From NCBI GenBank assembly GCA_050261515.1, contig JBLNDJ010000024.1:5849-69848 (forward strand): a stretch of DNA of 64,000 nt, given 5' to 3'. Positions 33,875 to 46,462 of this stretch are shown piece after piece (the first letter of the stretch is position 1; every line of letters starts with the position of its first letter). A model generated the notes under the pieces. The model did not search any database, was not told where the DNA came from, and saw only the letters and a program-made list of their open reading frames with translations. This stretch comes from Acidobacteriota bacterium. Its GTDB lineage: Bacteria; Acidobacteriota; Terriglobia; Bryobacterales; Bryobacteraceae. Position numbers and translations under genes: made by a program.

Positions 33875-34948
33875 CTATCCCGCGGCAGTCCACGCTCGGG
33901 ACGCCGCCGACCGCTCCACCGCGTCGAGCACGCGCTGCACCCGCAGCCCATCCTCGAAATCCGGATGGAACTCCTCGTCCCGCGCCGCCGCTCCCAGAAA
34001 ATCGCCCAGGGCCGCGATGAACGTGTGCTCGTAGCCTATGATGTGGCCCGGCTTCCAGAAGTTACCGGAATACGGCTGCGAGGGCCCGGTCACCAGAAGC
34101 TGCCGCGCGCCCTGCGTCGCGCCCGGCTCGGTGGCGTCGAAGAACTCCAGGCGGTTCATATCCTCGAGGTTGAACCGCAGCATACCGCGCGAGCCGTGTA
34201 TGTCGAACGCGTTGCCGTTGCGGCACCCGACGCCGAAGCGCGTCGCCTCGAGCGTCCCGATGCTGCCGTTCTCGAAGCGCGCCAGCGCGAGACACGCGTC
34301 GTCCACGTCCCGCCCCGGCGTGAACGTGTGGGCGAGCGACGTGACCTCCGTAATCGGCCCGTTCAGATACAGCGCCATATCCACCACGTGCGAAAGCAGA
34401 TCTCCGATCGCGCCCGAGCCAGCCTGCGCCTTCTCCGTCTTCCAGCTCGGCGGCCGCGTCGGATCGTTGCCCGACTGCTGCAAATACGTCGCGCGGTAAT
34501 GGAACACGCGCCCGATGCGCCCCTGCTCGATCAGCTCGCGAGCGAACGCCACGGCCGGCACGCGGCGGTAATTGAACCACACCATCGTCCGGACGCCGCG
34601 CGCCGCTCGCGCCATCTCCGCGGCTTCCTCGCGCGATATCGCCAGCGGCTTCTCGCACACCACCATCTTGCCCGCGCGCGCCGCCGCGATCGCCACCGGC
34701 GCGTGCATCGCGTTCGGAAGCGCGACGTCCACCAGGTCGATATCCTTGCGCTCCACCACCGAGCGCCAGTCGGTCGCGGTTTCCTCCCATCCCCACGTAG
34801 CGGCCATCTTCTCGAGCCGCTCGCGGTTCCGCGCGCAGATCACCGCGCGCTCCACCTCGAAGGGAACGTCGAAGAAATGCCCGACCTGCGCATAGGCATT
34901 CGAGTGCGCGCGTCCCATGAACCCGGCTCCAATCAGCGCCACCCGCAT
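33875..34948 (-). CDS. Gfo/Idh/MocA-family oxidoreductase (cytoplasmic), 357 aa
   Basis: MRVALIGAGFMGRAHSNAY Rossmann N-terminus and VVCEKPLA. Start moved from 35215 to the ATG at 34948. Confidence 0.85.
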   Translation of the reverse strand: MRVALIGAGFMGRAHSNAYAQVGHFFDVPFEVERAVICARNRERLEKMAATWGWEETATDWRSVVERKDIDLVDVALPNAMHAPVAIAAARAGKMVVCEKPLAISREEAAEMARAARGVRTMVWFNYRRVPAVAFARELIEQGRIGRVFHYRATYLQQSGNDPTRPPSWKTEKAQAGSGAIGDLLSHVVDMALYLNGPITEVTSLAHTFTPGRDVDDACLALARFENGSIGTLEATRFGVGCRNGNAFDIHGSRGMLRFNLEDMNRLEFFDATEPGATQGARQLLVTGPSQPYSGNFWKPGHIIGYEHTFIAALGDFLGAAARDEEFHPDFEDGLRVQRVLDAVERSAASRAWTAAG

Positions 34949-34974
34949 CCTTCCAGCATAAAACGCCCCAAAAC

Positions 34975-35779
34975 CCGGGACAGTATACTCAATTCCCAAT
35001 TTTTGAGAGCCCCCGGCCCCCGACCCCACTACCCAACTGATGCCCCGAATTTCGCGTGTGGTCGTACCCGGCCTTCCCCACCACGTCACACAGAGAGGGA
35101 CCGGGCGCCAGTCCACGTTCCGGTCCGACGAGGACCGCCTCGTGTACCTCGACATGCTGCGCGAAAACCGCCGGCAGTATGGCCTGAAGGTCTGGGCGTA
35201 CTGCCTCATGACCAACCATGTGCACCTGCTGGCCGTGCCCGAGCGCCAGGATTCGCTGGCGCGGGCTCTGGCCAGGACGCACGCCGATTACGCCCGTTAC
35301 TGGAACGCGCGCCGGCGCAGTTGCGGCCACGTCTGGCAGGCGCGCTTCTATTCCTGCCCGATCGACCACGAACACGTCTGGAACGTCGCCCGGTACATCG
35401 AAACCAATCCGGTGCGGGCCGAGATCGTCGAAAACGCGCGAGACTGGCCCTGGTCGAGCGCCCAGGCGCACATTGCCGGTCGGGACCAGTCCCGCCTGCT
35501 CGATGACATCGAGCGTTGGTTCACCCGGTACGATGGCGCGGCCTGGGACCGCGTGCTTCAGACCAGCGTAAACGACGAAGCCTGGCGCCAGCGCCTGCGC
35601 GACGCCACACAACGCGGCCGGCCGCTCGGGTGCGGGCAATTCATTCAGGACCTCGAAGACCGCCTCGGCCTCGCATTGCGTCCGAGCCAACCCGGACGGC
35701 CGCGGAAAGTCAGAGAGCAACCCCCGCCCGGCCCAGCGCAGATGAGCCTCGAAAACTGTATTTGAGTATACTGTCCCGG
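34975..35779 (+). mobile_element. IS200/IS605-superfamily (REP-associated tyrosine transposase-like) unit bounded by perfect 18-nt inverted repeats
   Basis: ccgggacagtatactcaa (34975-34992) and ttgagtatactgtcccgg (35762-35779) are exact reverse complements. They enclose a single Y1-transposase-like CDS. The right arm overlaps the stop codon. Confidence 0.7.
35040..35765 (+). CDS. Y1 (HUH) transposase, COG1943 / RAYT-like, 241 aa
   Basis: VPGLPHHVTQRG, the HUH motif in CLMTNHVHLLAVP, GHVWQARFYS, and the catalytic-Tyr helix ARYIETNPVRAEIV. Confidence 0.8.
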   Translation: MPRISRVVVPGLPHHVTQRGTGRQSTFRSDEDRLVYLDMLRENRRQYGLKVWAYCLMTNHVHLLAVPERQDSLARALARTHADYARYWNARRRSCGHVWQARFYSCPIDHEHVWNVARYIETNPVRAEIVENARDWPWSSAQAHIAGRDQSRLLDDIERWFTRYDGAAWDRVLQTSVNDEAWRQRLRDATQRGRPLGCGQFIQDLEDRLGLALRPSQPGRPRKVREQPPPGPAQMSLENCI

Positions 35780-35830
35780 ATTTAATGAAGGCGTGGTATG
35801 TTGTAGGCGTTCCCGCGTCCCAAAACGCCT

Positions 35831-38800
35831 ATGAAACCTCGCAAACTCGCTCTCGTTTTCTACGTTCTCCCGCTGGTCGCCTCCGCTCAAAGCAATCTCG
35901 TGGTGGGCCGTGTGGTTGGGCAGAACACGCTGGTCATGCAGTCCTCGGCGCCGAACATCGTCGAAGGCCGCGAGATGACGAATCCGCAAGGCGTCGCTCT
36001 CGACACCTCGGTTTCTCCTCCCGCGCTCTACGTGAGCGACACATTCAACAATCGCGTGCTGGTCTGGCGCGACTCAAGTGCATTTCAGAACGGCGCTTAC
36101 GCCGATCTCGTCATCGGGCAGAAGGACAAAATCTCTACCGCCGCCGGCGGCCCCGTCAATGCCCAAAGCCAGACGAAGGGCCTGAACCAGCCGACGGGCC
36201 TCGCGCTCGACGCCGAGGGCAACTTGTACGTGGCCGACTCCGGGAACAACCGCATCCTGCGCTATCCGAAGCCGCTCCAGCAGCCGGACCCCTACGGCGC
36301 CGATCTCGTCATCGGCCAGCCCGACTTCACCACCCGCGCCGCCAATCAAGGCGGACGCAGCGCCAGTTCGCTCTCGCTGGCGTCCGGCTCGACCGCGCTC
36401 CGCACCTCGCTGGCCTTCGACGCCTCCGGCAATCTCTGGGTCACCGACGCGGGCAACCACCGCGTCCTGCGCTACCCGGCCGACTCCGCGAGCGGCAGCA
36501 TCGCCACAACGGCCAACCTGGTCGTGGGCCAGCCGGACTTCACCACAGCGGCCTCCACAACCGCCATCAACAGTATGGATCACCTCAACTTGCCGTCGGG
36601 CATCGCCTTCGATTCGTCCGGCAACCTGTACGTCTCCGACCGGCTCCCGCGCGTGCTCGTATTCGCCGCGCCGCTCAGCACCGGTCAGGCCGCAAAGACG
36701 ATGCTCGGCGGCGTGCTCAGCGGGAACCAGGCCCCCAATCCGCCGACCGCCCAGAGCCTGAACTCCCCCGAGAGCGTGACCATCAATCCGGGAACGGACG
36801 AGATCCTCGTGAGCGACACGTTCAACAATCGCGTCCTGAAATTCCCGAAGCTGTCGCAGTGGCCCGCTACCGGACCGCCCTCGGCCAGCCTTTCGATCGG
36901 CCAGCCGTCCTTCACCACGAACAAAGCCGGCGTCAGCGACTCGCTGCTTTCGGCGCCGGTCCACGTCGCCGCAACCGCCACGGAACTGTTCATCGCCGAT
37001 TCGCTCAACAACCGGGTAGTTGTCGTTCCGCAGGGCCAGAAGGTCGCCACGCGCGTGCTCGGGCAGCTCACGATGAACTACAACGCGCCCAACCTGATCG
37101 AGGGGCGCGAACTCTACGAAGTCGGCCTCCTGCCCATCAGCGCAACCCAGTTCTACCCGGTCCCCGGCGGCGTAGCCGTCGATACCACCGGCGCAGTCCC
37201 GCACCTCTACATTGCCGACCCGGGCAACCACCGCGTGCTCGGCTACTGCGACGCCCGCAAAGCTAAGCAGGGCGACAAGGCGGATCTCGTCGTCGGCCAG
37301 CCCGACCTGTTCACCGCCACCGCCAACGGCGACGGCGGAACCACGCCGAACGACCGCAACCTGCGGTTCCCCTCCGGCGTCCTGGTCGATGCAAAGGGCG
37401 ATCTCTACGTCGCCGACACCGGCAACGGCCGCGTCGTGCGCTTCGCCGCGCCGTGCAGCCAGCCCGCCGCCCAGCAGTCGTTCCCGAAAGCGAATCTCGT
37501 CATCGGACAGGCGAACTTCACCTCGCACACCACCGACGCCGGCCCGCGCACGATGAACGCGCCCTACGGCCTCGCCATCATATCCGGCGACACGAAGGAT
37601 TATCTGCTCGTGTCCGACATCCTCCAGAACCGCGTCCTGAAGTTCGAGCGGCTGCACGGCGGCGATTTCACCAACGGATCGGACGCCACCTGGGTTTTCG
37701 GCCAGCCGGATTTCTATACCACGTCCTCGGGCACCGGCAACAACCGGTTGAACAGCCCGCGCCACCTCGCTACGGACGGCACCCGGCTGTACATCGCAGA
37801 CTTCAACAACAACCGGTTCCTCGTGGTTTCGGACCTGGAAAATTCGAATCCCTCGCCCTCGCTGATCGTTCGCACGGCAGAGAGTGAGAACCGCACGCTC
37901 AGCGGCCCGAACGGCATCGCCGTGAACCAGGCGACGGGTGAGATCTGGGTCGCGCCGGCCAATGACGCCCGTGTGCTGAAATACCCCACGTATAATACGC
38001 TGGCCCTTACGCCGCTATCCACCGCGCAGACCGCCACCGCGACCGGCCCCCTCGCCCTGGCGCTCGATGCGCATGGCACGCTCTACGTCGCCGAAAGGGG
38101 CAACCGCGTCTCGGAGTACTTCCCCGAGGTAATTCCGGTGAACGGCGCCAGCTTCCTGCAAGACCGCCCACTGGCGCCCGGCGTAATCGCGACCGCCTGG
38201 GCAAAACGCGCCTCGACGCCCGCGACGCATGCCCCCTCGGTTCCGCTTCCGACGGAGCTGGCCGGCGTGCAGGTTCTCGTCGGCGGAACTCCCGCGCCGC
38301 TGTTCTACGTCGGCGACGACCGCTCCTTCCCGGGATACGTCCAGGTCAATTTCCAGGTGCCGCACAACGCGCCATCCGATAAGCCGATCGATATGCAGGT
38401 AATCGACGCCGTGACCCAGCAGGTGCTCGGAGCGGGCGCCCTGGCGATGAACAAAGCGGCGCCGGCGTTCTTCGTGACCAATTCCACAACCGGCCAGGTC
38501 GCGGCTTTCAATGTGGACCCGAACACCAAAGCGCGCACCTGCAACGGCACGGCCAGCCCCTGCCGTCCCGCAAAACGCGGCGAGATTCTCGAGCTTTACC
38601 TCACGGGCGAAGGATACCAATCCGGCTGGACGAAAGACGGCGAAGCGCCCGCCGGCGGAGTGCCCAACGACAGGGACAACGATCACAACCAACTGCTGGT
38701 GTTGCTCGGAACGGACTTTGTGGACTGCGACACTCGCGTAGGTACGCGATGCCCGGCTGGCAGTAACGCGAAGTTTATCGAGTATTCGGGCGCCGCCCCG

Positions 38801-38944
38801 GGATTCGTAGGGTTGTGGCAGATCAACGTGAGGGTCCCCAATGATATCGTCGCGCCAGGGCTGCCGAACCCGATCGCGGTCGTCTACCGGGACATCTCGA
38901 GCATGATCGGAGGCACGCCCAAAACGATCGTGTACATCCAGTAG
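35831..38944 (+). CDS. Secreted NHL-repeat protein (about 12 or more NHL blades) with a Solibacter-type C-terminal domain, 1037 aa
   Basis: Signal peptide MKPRKLALVFYVLPLVASA. Recurrent motif x-D-x-x-N-[NH]-R-V-L-[RK]-[YF]-P (NNRVLVW, NNRILRYP, NHRVLRYP, NNRVLKFP, NHRVLGY, NGRVVRF and others). The C-terminal about 300 aa (PAPLFYVG..VQVNFQVP..APGFVGLWQINVRVP) resembles TIGR03437 as I remember it. Confidence 0.75.
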   Translation: MKPRKLALVFYVLPLVASAQSNLVVGRVVGQNTLVMQSSAPNIVEGREMTNPQGVALDTSVSPPALYVSDTFNNRVLVWRDSSAFQNGAYADLVIGQKDKISTAAGGPVNAQSQTKGLNQPTGLALDAEGNLYVADSGNNRILRYPKPLQQPDPYGADLVIGQPDFTTRAANQGGRSASSLSLASGSTALRTSLAFDASGNLWVTDAGNHRVLRYPADSASGSIATTANLVVGQPDFTTAASTTAINSMDHLNLPSGIAFDSSGNLYVSDRLPRVLVFAAPLSTGQAAKTMLGGVLSGNQAPNPPTAQSLNSPESVTINPGTDEILVSDTFNNRVLKFPKLSQWPATGPPSASLSIGQPSFTTNKAGVSDSLLSAPVHVAATATELFIADSLNNRVVVVPQGQKVATRVLGQLTMNYNAPNLIEGRELYEVGLLPISATQFYPVPGGVAVDTTGAVPHLYIADPGNHRVLGYCDARKAKQGDKADLVVGQPDLFTATANGDGGTTPNDRNLRFPSGVLVDAKGDLYVADTGNGRVVRFAAPCSQPAAQQSFPKANLVIGQANFTSHTTDAGPRTMNAPYGLAIISGDTKDYLLVSDILQNRVLKFERLHGGDFTNGSDATWVFGQPDFYTTSSGTGNNRLNSPRHLATDGTRLYIADFNNNRFLVVSDLENSNPSPSLIVRTAESENRTLSGPNGIAVNQATGEIWVAPANDARVLKYPTYNTLALTPLSTAQTATATGPLALALDAHGTLYVAERGNRVSEYFPEVIPVNGASFLQDRPLAPGVIATAWAKRASTPATHAPSVPLPTELAGVQVLVGGTPAPLFYVGDDRSFPGYVQVNFQVPHNAPSDKPIDMQVIDAVTQQVLGAGALAMNKAAPAFFVTNSTTGQVAAFNVDPNTKARTCNGTASPCRPAKRGEILELYLTGEGYQSGWTKDGEAPAGGVPNDRDNDHNQLLVLLGTDFVDCDTRVGTRCPAGSNAKFIEYSGAAPGFVGLWQINVRVPNDIVAPGLPNPIAVVYRDISSMIGGTPKTIVYIQ

Positions 38945-39044
38945 TGCCGGCGCCCTGGTCCGCGGCCGGCCCCCCCCGGCCGGCCCCTACAACTCACGGG
39001 CATCAAACAGGCTCGCAGTGTAAGATACAGAATCGGAGATTACG

Positions 39045-39905
39045 ATGCCCTTTTGCACCAGTTGCGGTGCCCGCTTGGACGACGATTCGCGGTTCTGCTC
39101 GGGTTGCGGCAAGCCGCTCGCTGGAGACACGGCTGCCGGACTCCCGCCCATCTCCGCCGAGCCGCTCGACTACACCATCCAGGGCGACAACCTGCAGGTG
39201 GTCCGCATCAAGCTGAAGCCGGGCCAGGAAGTCTACGCCGAAGCCGGCAAGATGGTCTACAAGTTCCCTGCCGTCGAATGGGAATCGCGCATGACCGGCC
39301 AATCGATCGGCGACAAGATCTGGGGCGCCGTGAAGCGCAAGCTCATGGGCGAGTCGCTCTTCCTGACTTATTTCCGCACTTCAAGCGCGTCCGAAGTCGG
39401 CTTCGCCGGCAACTACCCCGGCCGCGTCCAGGCCTTCGACCTGAAGGCCGGCCAAAGCGTCCTCGTGCAGCGCGACAGCTTCATCTGCGCCCAAAGCTCC
39501 GCAACCCTGAACATCGCGCTCGTCAAAAAACTCGGGGCGGGCATCTTCGGCGGCGAAGGCTTCATCCTCGAGAAGCTCACCGGCCCCGGAACTGCCTTCA
39601 TCCACGCAGGCGGCGACTTCATCGAATTCACCCTGAACGCCGGCGAAGTCATCCAGGTGGATACCGGCTGCATAGTCGCCTTCGACGATACGGTGGATTA
39701 CGACATCCAGACCGTGGGCGGCATCAAGACCGCCATCTTCGGCGGAGAAGGCCTGTTCCTGGCAACTCTCCGGGGCCCCGGCCGGGTAATCATCCAAAGC
39801 ATGACGCTCGAAAAGATGCGCCGCGAACTCTCCCCGGTTAACACCGGAGGCGACCAGCACGGGCCCATCCCCACCCTCAGCGGAATTTTCGGCAACGACG
39901 ACTAG
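39045..39905 (+). CDS. AIM24/DUF124-family protein with an N-terminal zinc ribbon, 286 aa
   Basis: N-terminal CTSCGARLDDDSRFCSGCG, then the DUF124 pattern (LKPGQEVYAEAGKMVY...GESLFLTYF...FGGEGFILEKLTGPGTAFIHAGGD...FGGEGLFLATLRGPGRVIIQS). GGAG RBS 6 nt upstream of the ATG. Confidence 0.75.
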   Translation: MPFCTSCGARLDDDSRFCSGCGKPLAGDTAAGLPPISAEPLDYTIQGDNLQVVRIKLKPGQEVYAEAGKMVYKFPAVEWESRMTGQSIGDKIWGAVKRKLMGESLFLTYFRTSSASEVGFAGNYPGRVQAFDLKAGQSVLVQRDSFICAQSSATLNIALVKKLGAGIFGGEGFILEKLTGPGTAFIHAGGDFIEFTLNAGEVIQVDTGCIVAFDDTVDYDIQTVGGIKTAIFGGEGLFLATLRGPGRVIIQSMTLEKMRRELSPVNTGGDQHGPIPTLSGIFGNDD

Positions 39906-40012
39906 AGCGGCGCGCACCGCACCGGCTTGCCGGCGGCGGCGGTTGATGGCTCCGCCCGCGATCCACGGCCCTTGGCCCGTACCCTGATAAAATAGAGGTT
40001 AAAGCTCCCACT

Positions 40013-42843
<2,831 letters not shown>

Positions 42844-42865
<22 letters not shown>

Positions 42866-43824
42866 TCACGGCCTGCCTCCTGCTGCCGCTTGCGGCGCAC
42901 GGGGCCATCTGGCCCGATGAGATGTCCGGCTTCAAGCGGGTCTCGCTCGCCCCGGCCGCGGTCCCCGACCGCGCGCTGTGGGACGAGTATGGGCTCGACC
43001 AGGCCGAGCGCGCCGAGTACACCTCCGCCGCGCGCAACTTCAAAGCCACGGCCTACCGGCTCAAGGACCCGACCGGCGCCTTCGCCGCGTTCGAATCCCT
43101 GCGGCCGGCCGGGGCGAAGCCGCTGGCCCTCACCGCCGCGGCGGCCGACACCGGCGCGGGCGAGCTGTTCGTCTTCGGGAACTACGTGCTCCAGTTCGAA
43201 GACTGGAAGCCCAAGCTCGAAGACATCACCGCGTTCCTCCAGCGGCTCCCGAACCTCGACCAGAGTCCGCTCCCCGTGCGTTTCCTGCCCTCCCAGGGGC
43301 TCGTCGCCAATTCCGAGCGCTACGTCCTCGGCCCCACAAGCCTGGAGCGTTACATCCCAGGCGTGCCGCCCGCAACGGCCGCTTTCAGCATGGGCGGAGA
43401 GGCGCAGGTCGGCCAGTACAACACGGCCGCCGGGCCGATGCAGATGGCCGTCTTCTCCTACCCCAACCCGCAGATCGCGCGGCAGCGCCTCGAGGCCTTC
43501 CAGCAGCTCCCGGGTGTCATGGCGAAGCGCAGCGGCATCCTGGTAGCCGCCATAACGGCGCCGAAAGACGCCAATGTGGCCGAAAAACTGCTCGCTTTGG
43601 TGCAATATAAGGCCACAATCACGACCAACGAGCGGGTCCCCACGCGCAAGGACAACGTCGCCGACCTGATGTTGAATATTTTTATGCTCGTCGGGATCAT
43701 CCTCGCCCTGATCGTCCCTGCCGGGCTCGCCGTGGGGCTCATGCGCCGTATGGGATGGGGAACATCGGGCGATCCGATGACTGTGCTCCACCTGGAGGAC
43801 CAAAAACGATCGCAGCGGCCGTAA
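42844..43824 (+). CDS. Hypothetical exported protein with signal peptide and C-terminal TM anchor, 326 aa
   Basis: [21 protein letters not shown] signal and C-terminal [27 protein letters not shown]. The start overlaps the secA 3' end by 22 nt. I recognise no family. Confidence 0.6.
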
Positions 43825-43994
43825 AGCCTGCCCCGCAATCATAAAACCCGCTTTTTGTTTCGATTGGACGGAAGCGCGCGTTCTCCACAGGGTCTTCGAC
43901 AGGTTTTTCCACAACCTGAGGAAAATGTAGAACACTCCGTAAGCCTCGCTTTTCGAGAGGTTTGTAGAAGCGTTTTCGCACCGAGCTTTTTTCC

Positions 43995-44023
43995 TTGATT
44001 TAGGCGCCCGGGTGAAATAAGAT
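43995..44023 (+). promoter_or_regulatory. Candidate sigma-70-type promoter TTGATT-17 nt-TAAGAT
   Basis: TTGATT at 43995-44000, an exact 17-nt spacer, TAAGAT at 44018-44023. It lies in a locally AT-rich intergenic region. Prediction by eye only. Confidence 0.3.
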
Positions 44024-44029
44024 CCAATC

Positions 44030-44144
44030 ACACAGGTCCTGACGGTCGCGTTTCCGTCGAACCGATTCTCCCATTGAACATCACCCTGGTAGAACAGGGG
44101 AAAGAATGCCTACCTTCCCTCGGAGGTAGGCATTTCTATTTTTT
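44030..44144 (+). ncRNA. Candidate sRNA of about 115 nt, or a terminator-containing leader upstream of the suf operon
   Basis: Bounded by the candidate promoter (43995-44023) and a strong intrinsic terminator (44105-44144). Internal hairpins gacgg/ccgtc (44041-44058) and ccctg/caggg (44084-44099). No plausible ORF. I recognise no known RNA family. Confidence 0.3.
44105..44144 (+). terminator. Rho-independent terminator
   Basis: 13-bp stem aatgcctaccttc / gaggtaggcatt (44105-44117 and 44122-44134, one G-U pair), a 4-nt loop, then tctatttttt. Confidence 0.75.
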
Positions 44145-44180
44145 GGCCCTCTTTTGAATCCTTTTGATCCCGGCTGAATC

Positions 44181-44210
44181 TTGACTGTTTAGTACAGTTT
44201 AGTCTATGCT
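44181..44210 (+). promoter_or_regulatory. Candidate suf promoter TTGACT-18 nt-TATGCT with a direct repeat GTTTAGT in the spacer
   Basis: TTGACT at 44181-44186 and TATGCT at 44205-44210. The spacer gtttagtacagtttagtc contains GTTTAGT twice, 11 nt apart. It lies 28 nt upstream of the sufB ATG. Prediction by eye only. Confidence 0.35.
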
Positions 44211-44237
44211 GAACAAGAGTGCATCTGGGGTGATTTG

Positions 44238-45689
<1,452 letters not shown>

Positions 45690-45697
45690 GGGCACAC

Positions 45698-46462
45698 ATG
45701 CTACTCGAAATCACAAATCTACAGGCTGGCATCGGAGACAAGCAGATTCTGAAGGGCATCGACCTGAAGGTCGATGCCGGCGAGGTTCACGCGATCATGG
45801 GCCCGAACGGGTCCGGGAAGAGCACGCTGGCGGGCGTTCTGGCAGGCCGGGAGGCGTATGAGGTTACGGGCGGCTCCGCTTTCTACCAGGGCCAGGACCT
45901 GCTCGGAATGAAGCCCGAGGACCGCGCCGGCGACGGAATCTTCCTGGCGTTCCAGTATCCGGTGGAGATCCCCGGCGTGACGAACATGTACTTCCTGCGC
46001 ACGGCGCTCAACGCGCAGCGCAAGCGCCGCGGTCTCGAGGAGCTCGACGCGATGGACTTCCTCGCCGTCGTGAAAGAGAAAGCGAAGCTGCTCGGCCTCA
46101 GCGAGGAACTGCTCCAGCGGCCCGTAAACGAAGGCTTTTCGGGCGGCGAGAAAAAGCGGAATGAGATTTTTCAGATGGCGGTGCTCGACCCGAAGCTCTG
46201 CATTCTGGACGAGACGGACTCGGGCCTCGACATCGACGCGCTCAAGGCCGTCGCGAACGGCATCAATGCGATGCGCAGCCCGGAGCGCGGCATGATCGTC
46301 GTGACGCACTACCAGAGGCTGCTGAGCTACGTGGTGCCAGATTTCGTGCACGTGATGGCGAACGGGCGCATCGTGCGCTCGGGCGGCAAGGAACTCGCGC
46401 TCGAACTGGAGCAGCAGGGTTACGCCTGGCTGGAGGAAGCTCCGGCGGGAGCGAGGTCCTGA
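45698..46462 (+). CDS. sufC: Fe-S cluster assembly ATPase SufC, 254 aa
   Basis: MLLEITNLQAGIGDKQILKGIDL..GPNGSGKSTL (Walker A), FSGGEKKRNEIFQMAV, ILDETDSGLD. Start at the ATG at 45698. Confidence 0.95.
   Translation: MLLEITNLQAGIGDKQILKGIDLKVDAGEVHAIMGPNGSGKSTLAGVLAGREAYEVTGGSAFYQGQDLLGMKPEDRAGDGIFLAFQYPVEIPGVTNMYFLRTALNAQRKRRGLEELDAMDFLAVVKEKAKLLGLSEELLQRPVNEGFSGGEKKRNEIFQMAVLDPKLCILDETDSGLDIDALKAVANGINAMRSPERGMIVVTHYQRLLSYVVPDFVHVMANGRIVRSGGKELALELEQQGYAWLEEAPAGARS

Noticed and set aside
43839-44027. A 62-aa minus-strand ORF (and the 80-aa ORF at 43739..43981) in the AT-rich gap upstream of suf.
   Set aside because: It has a TTG start without a visible RBS, a Lys/Arg/Ser-rich low-complexity product, and it overlaps the candidate promoter on the other strand. 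A short basic protein cannot be formally excluded.
44183-44204. An IscR type 1 or type 2 binding site in the suf promoter (GACT...AGTC).
   Set aside because: GACT and AGTC are 14 nt apart, whereas the E. coli type 1 motif as I remember it has 5 nt. The rest of the consensus is absent. Only the direct repeat GTTTAGT is reported, as a hypothesis.
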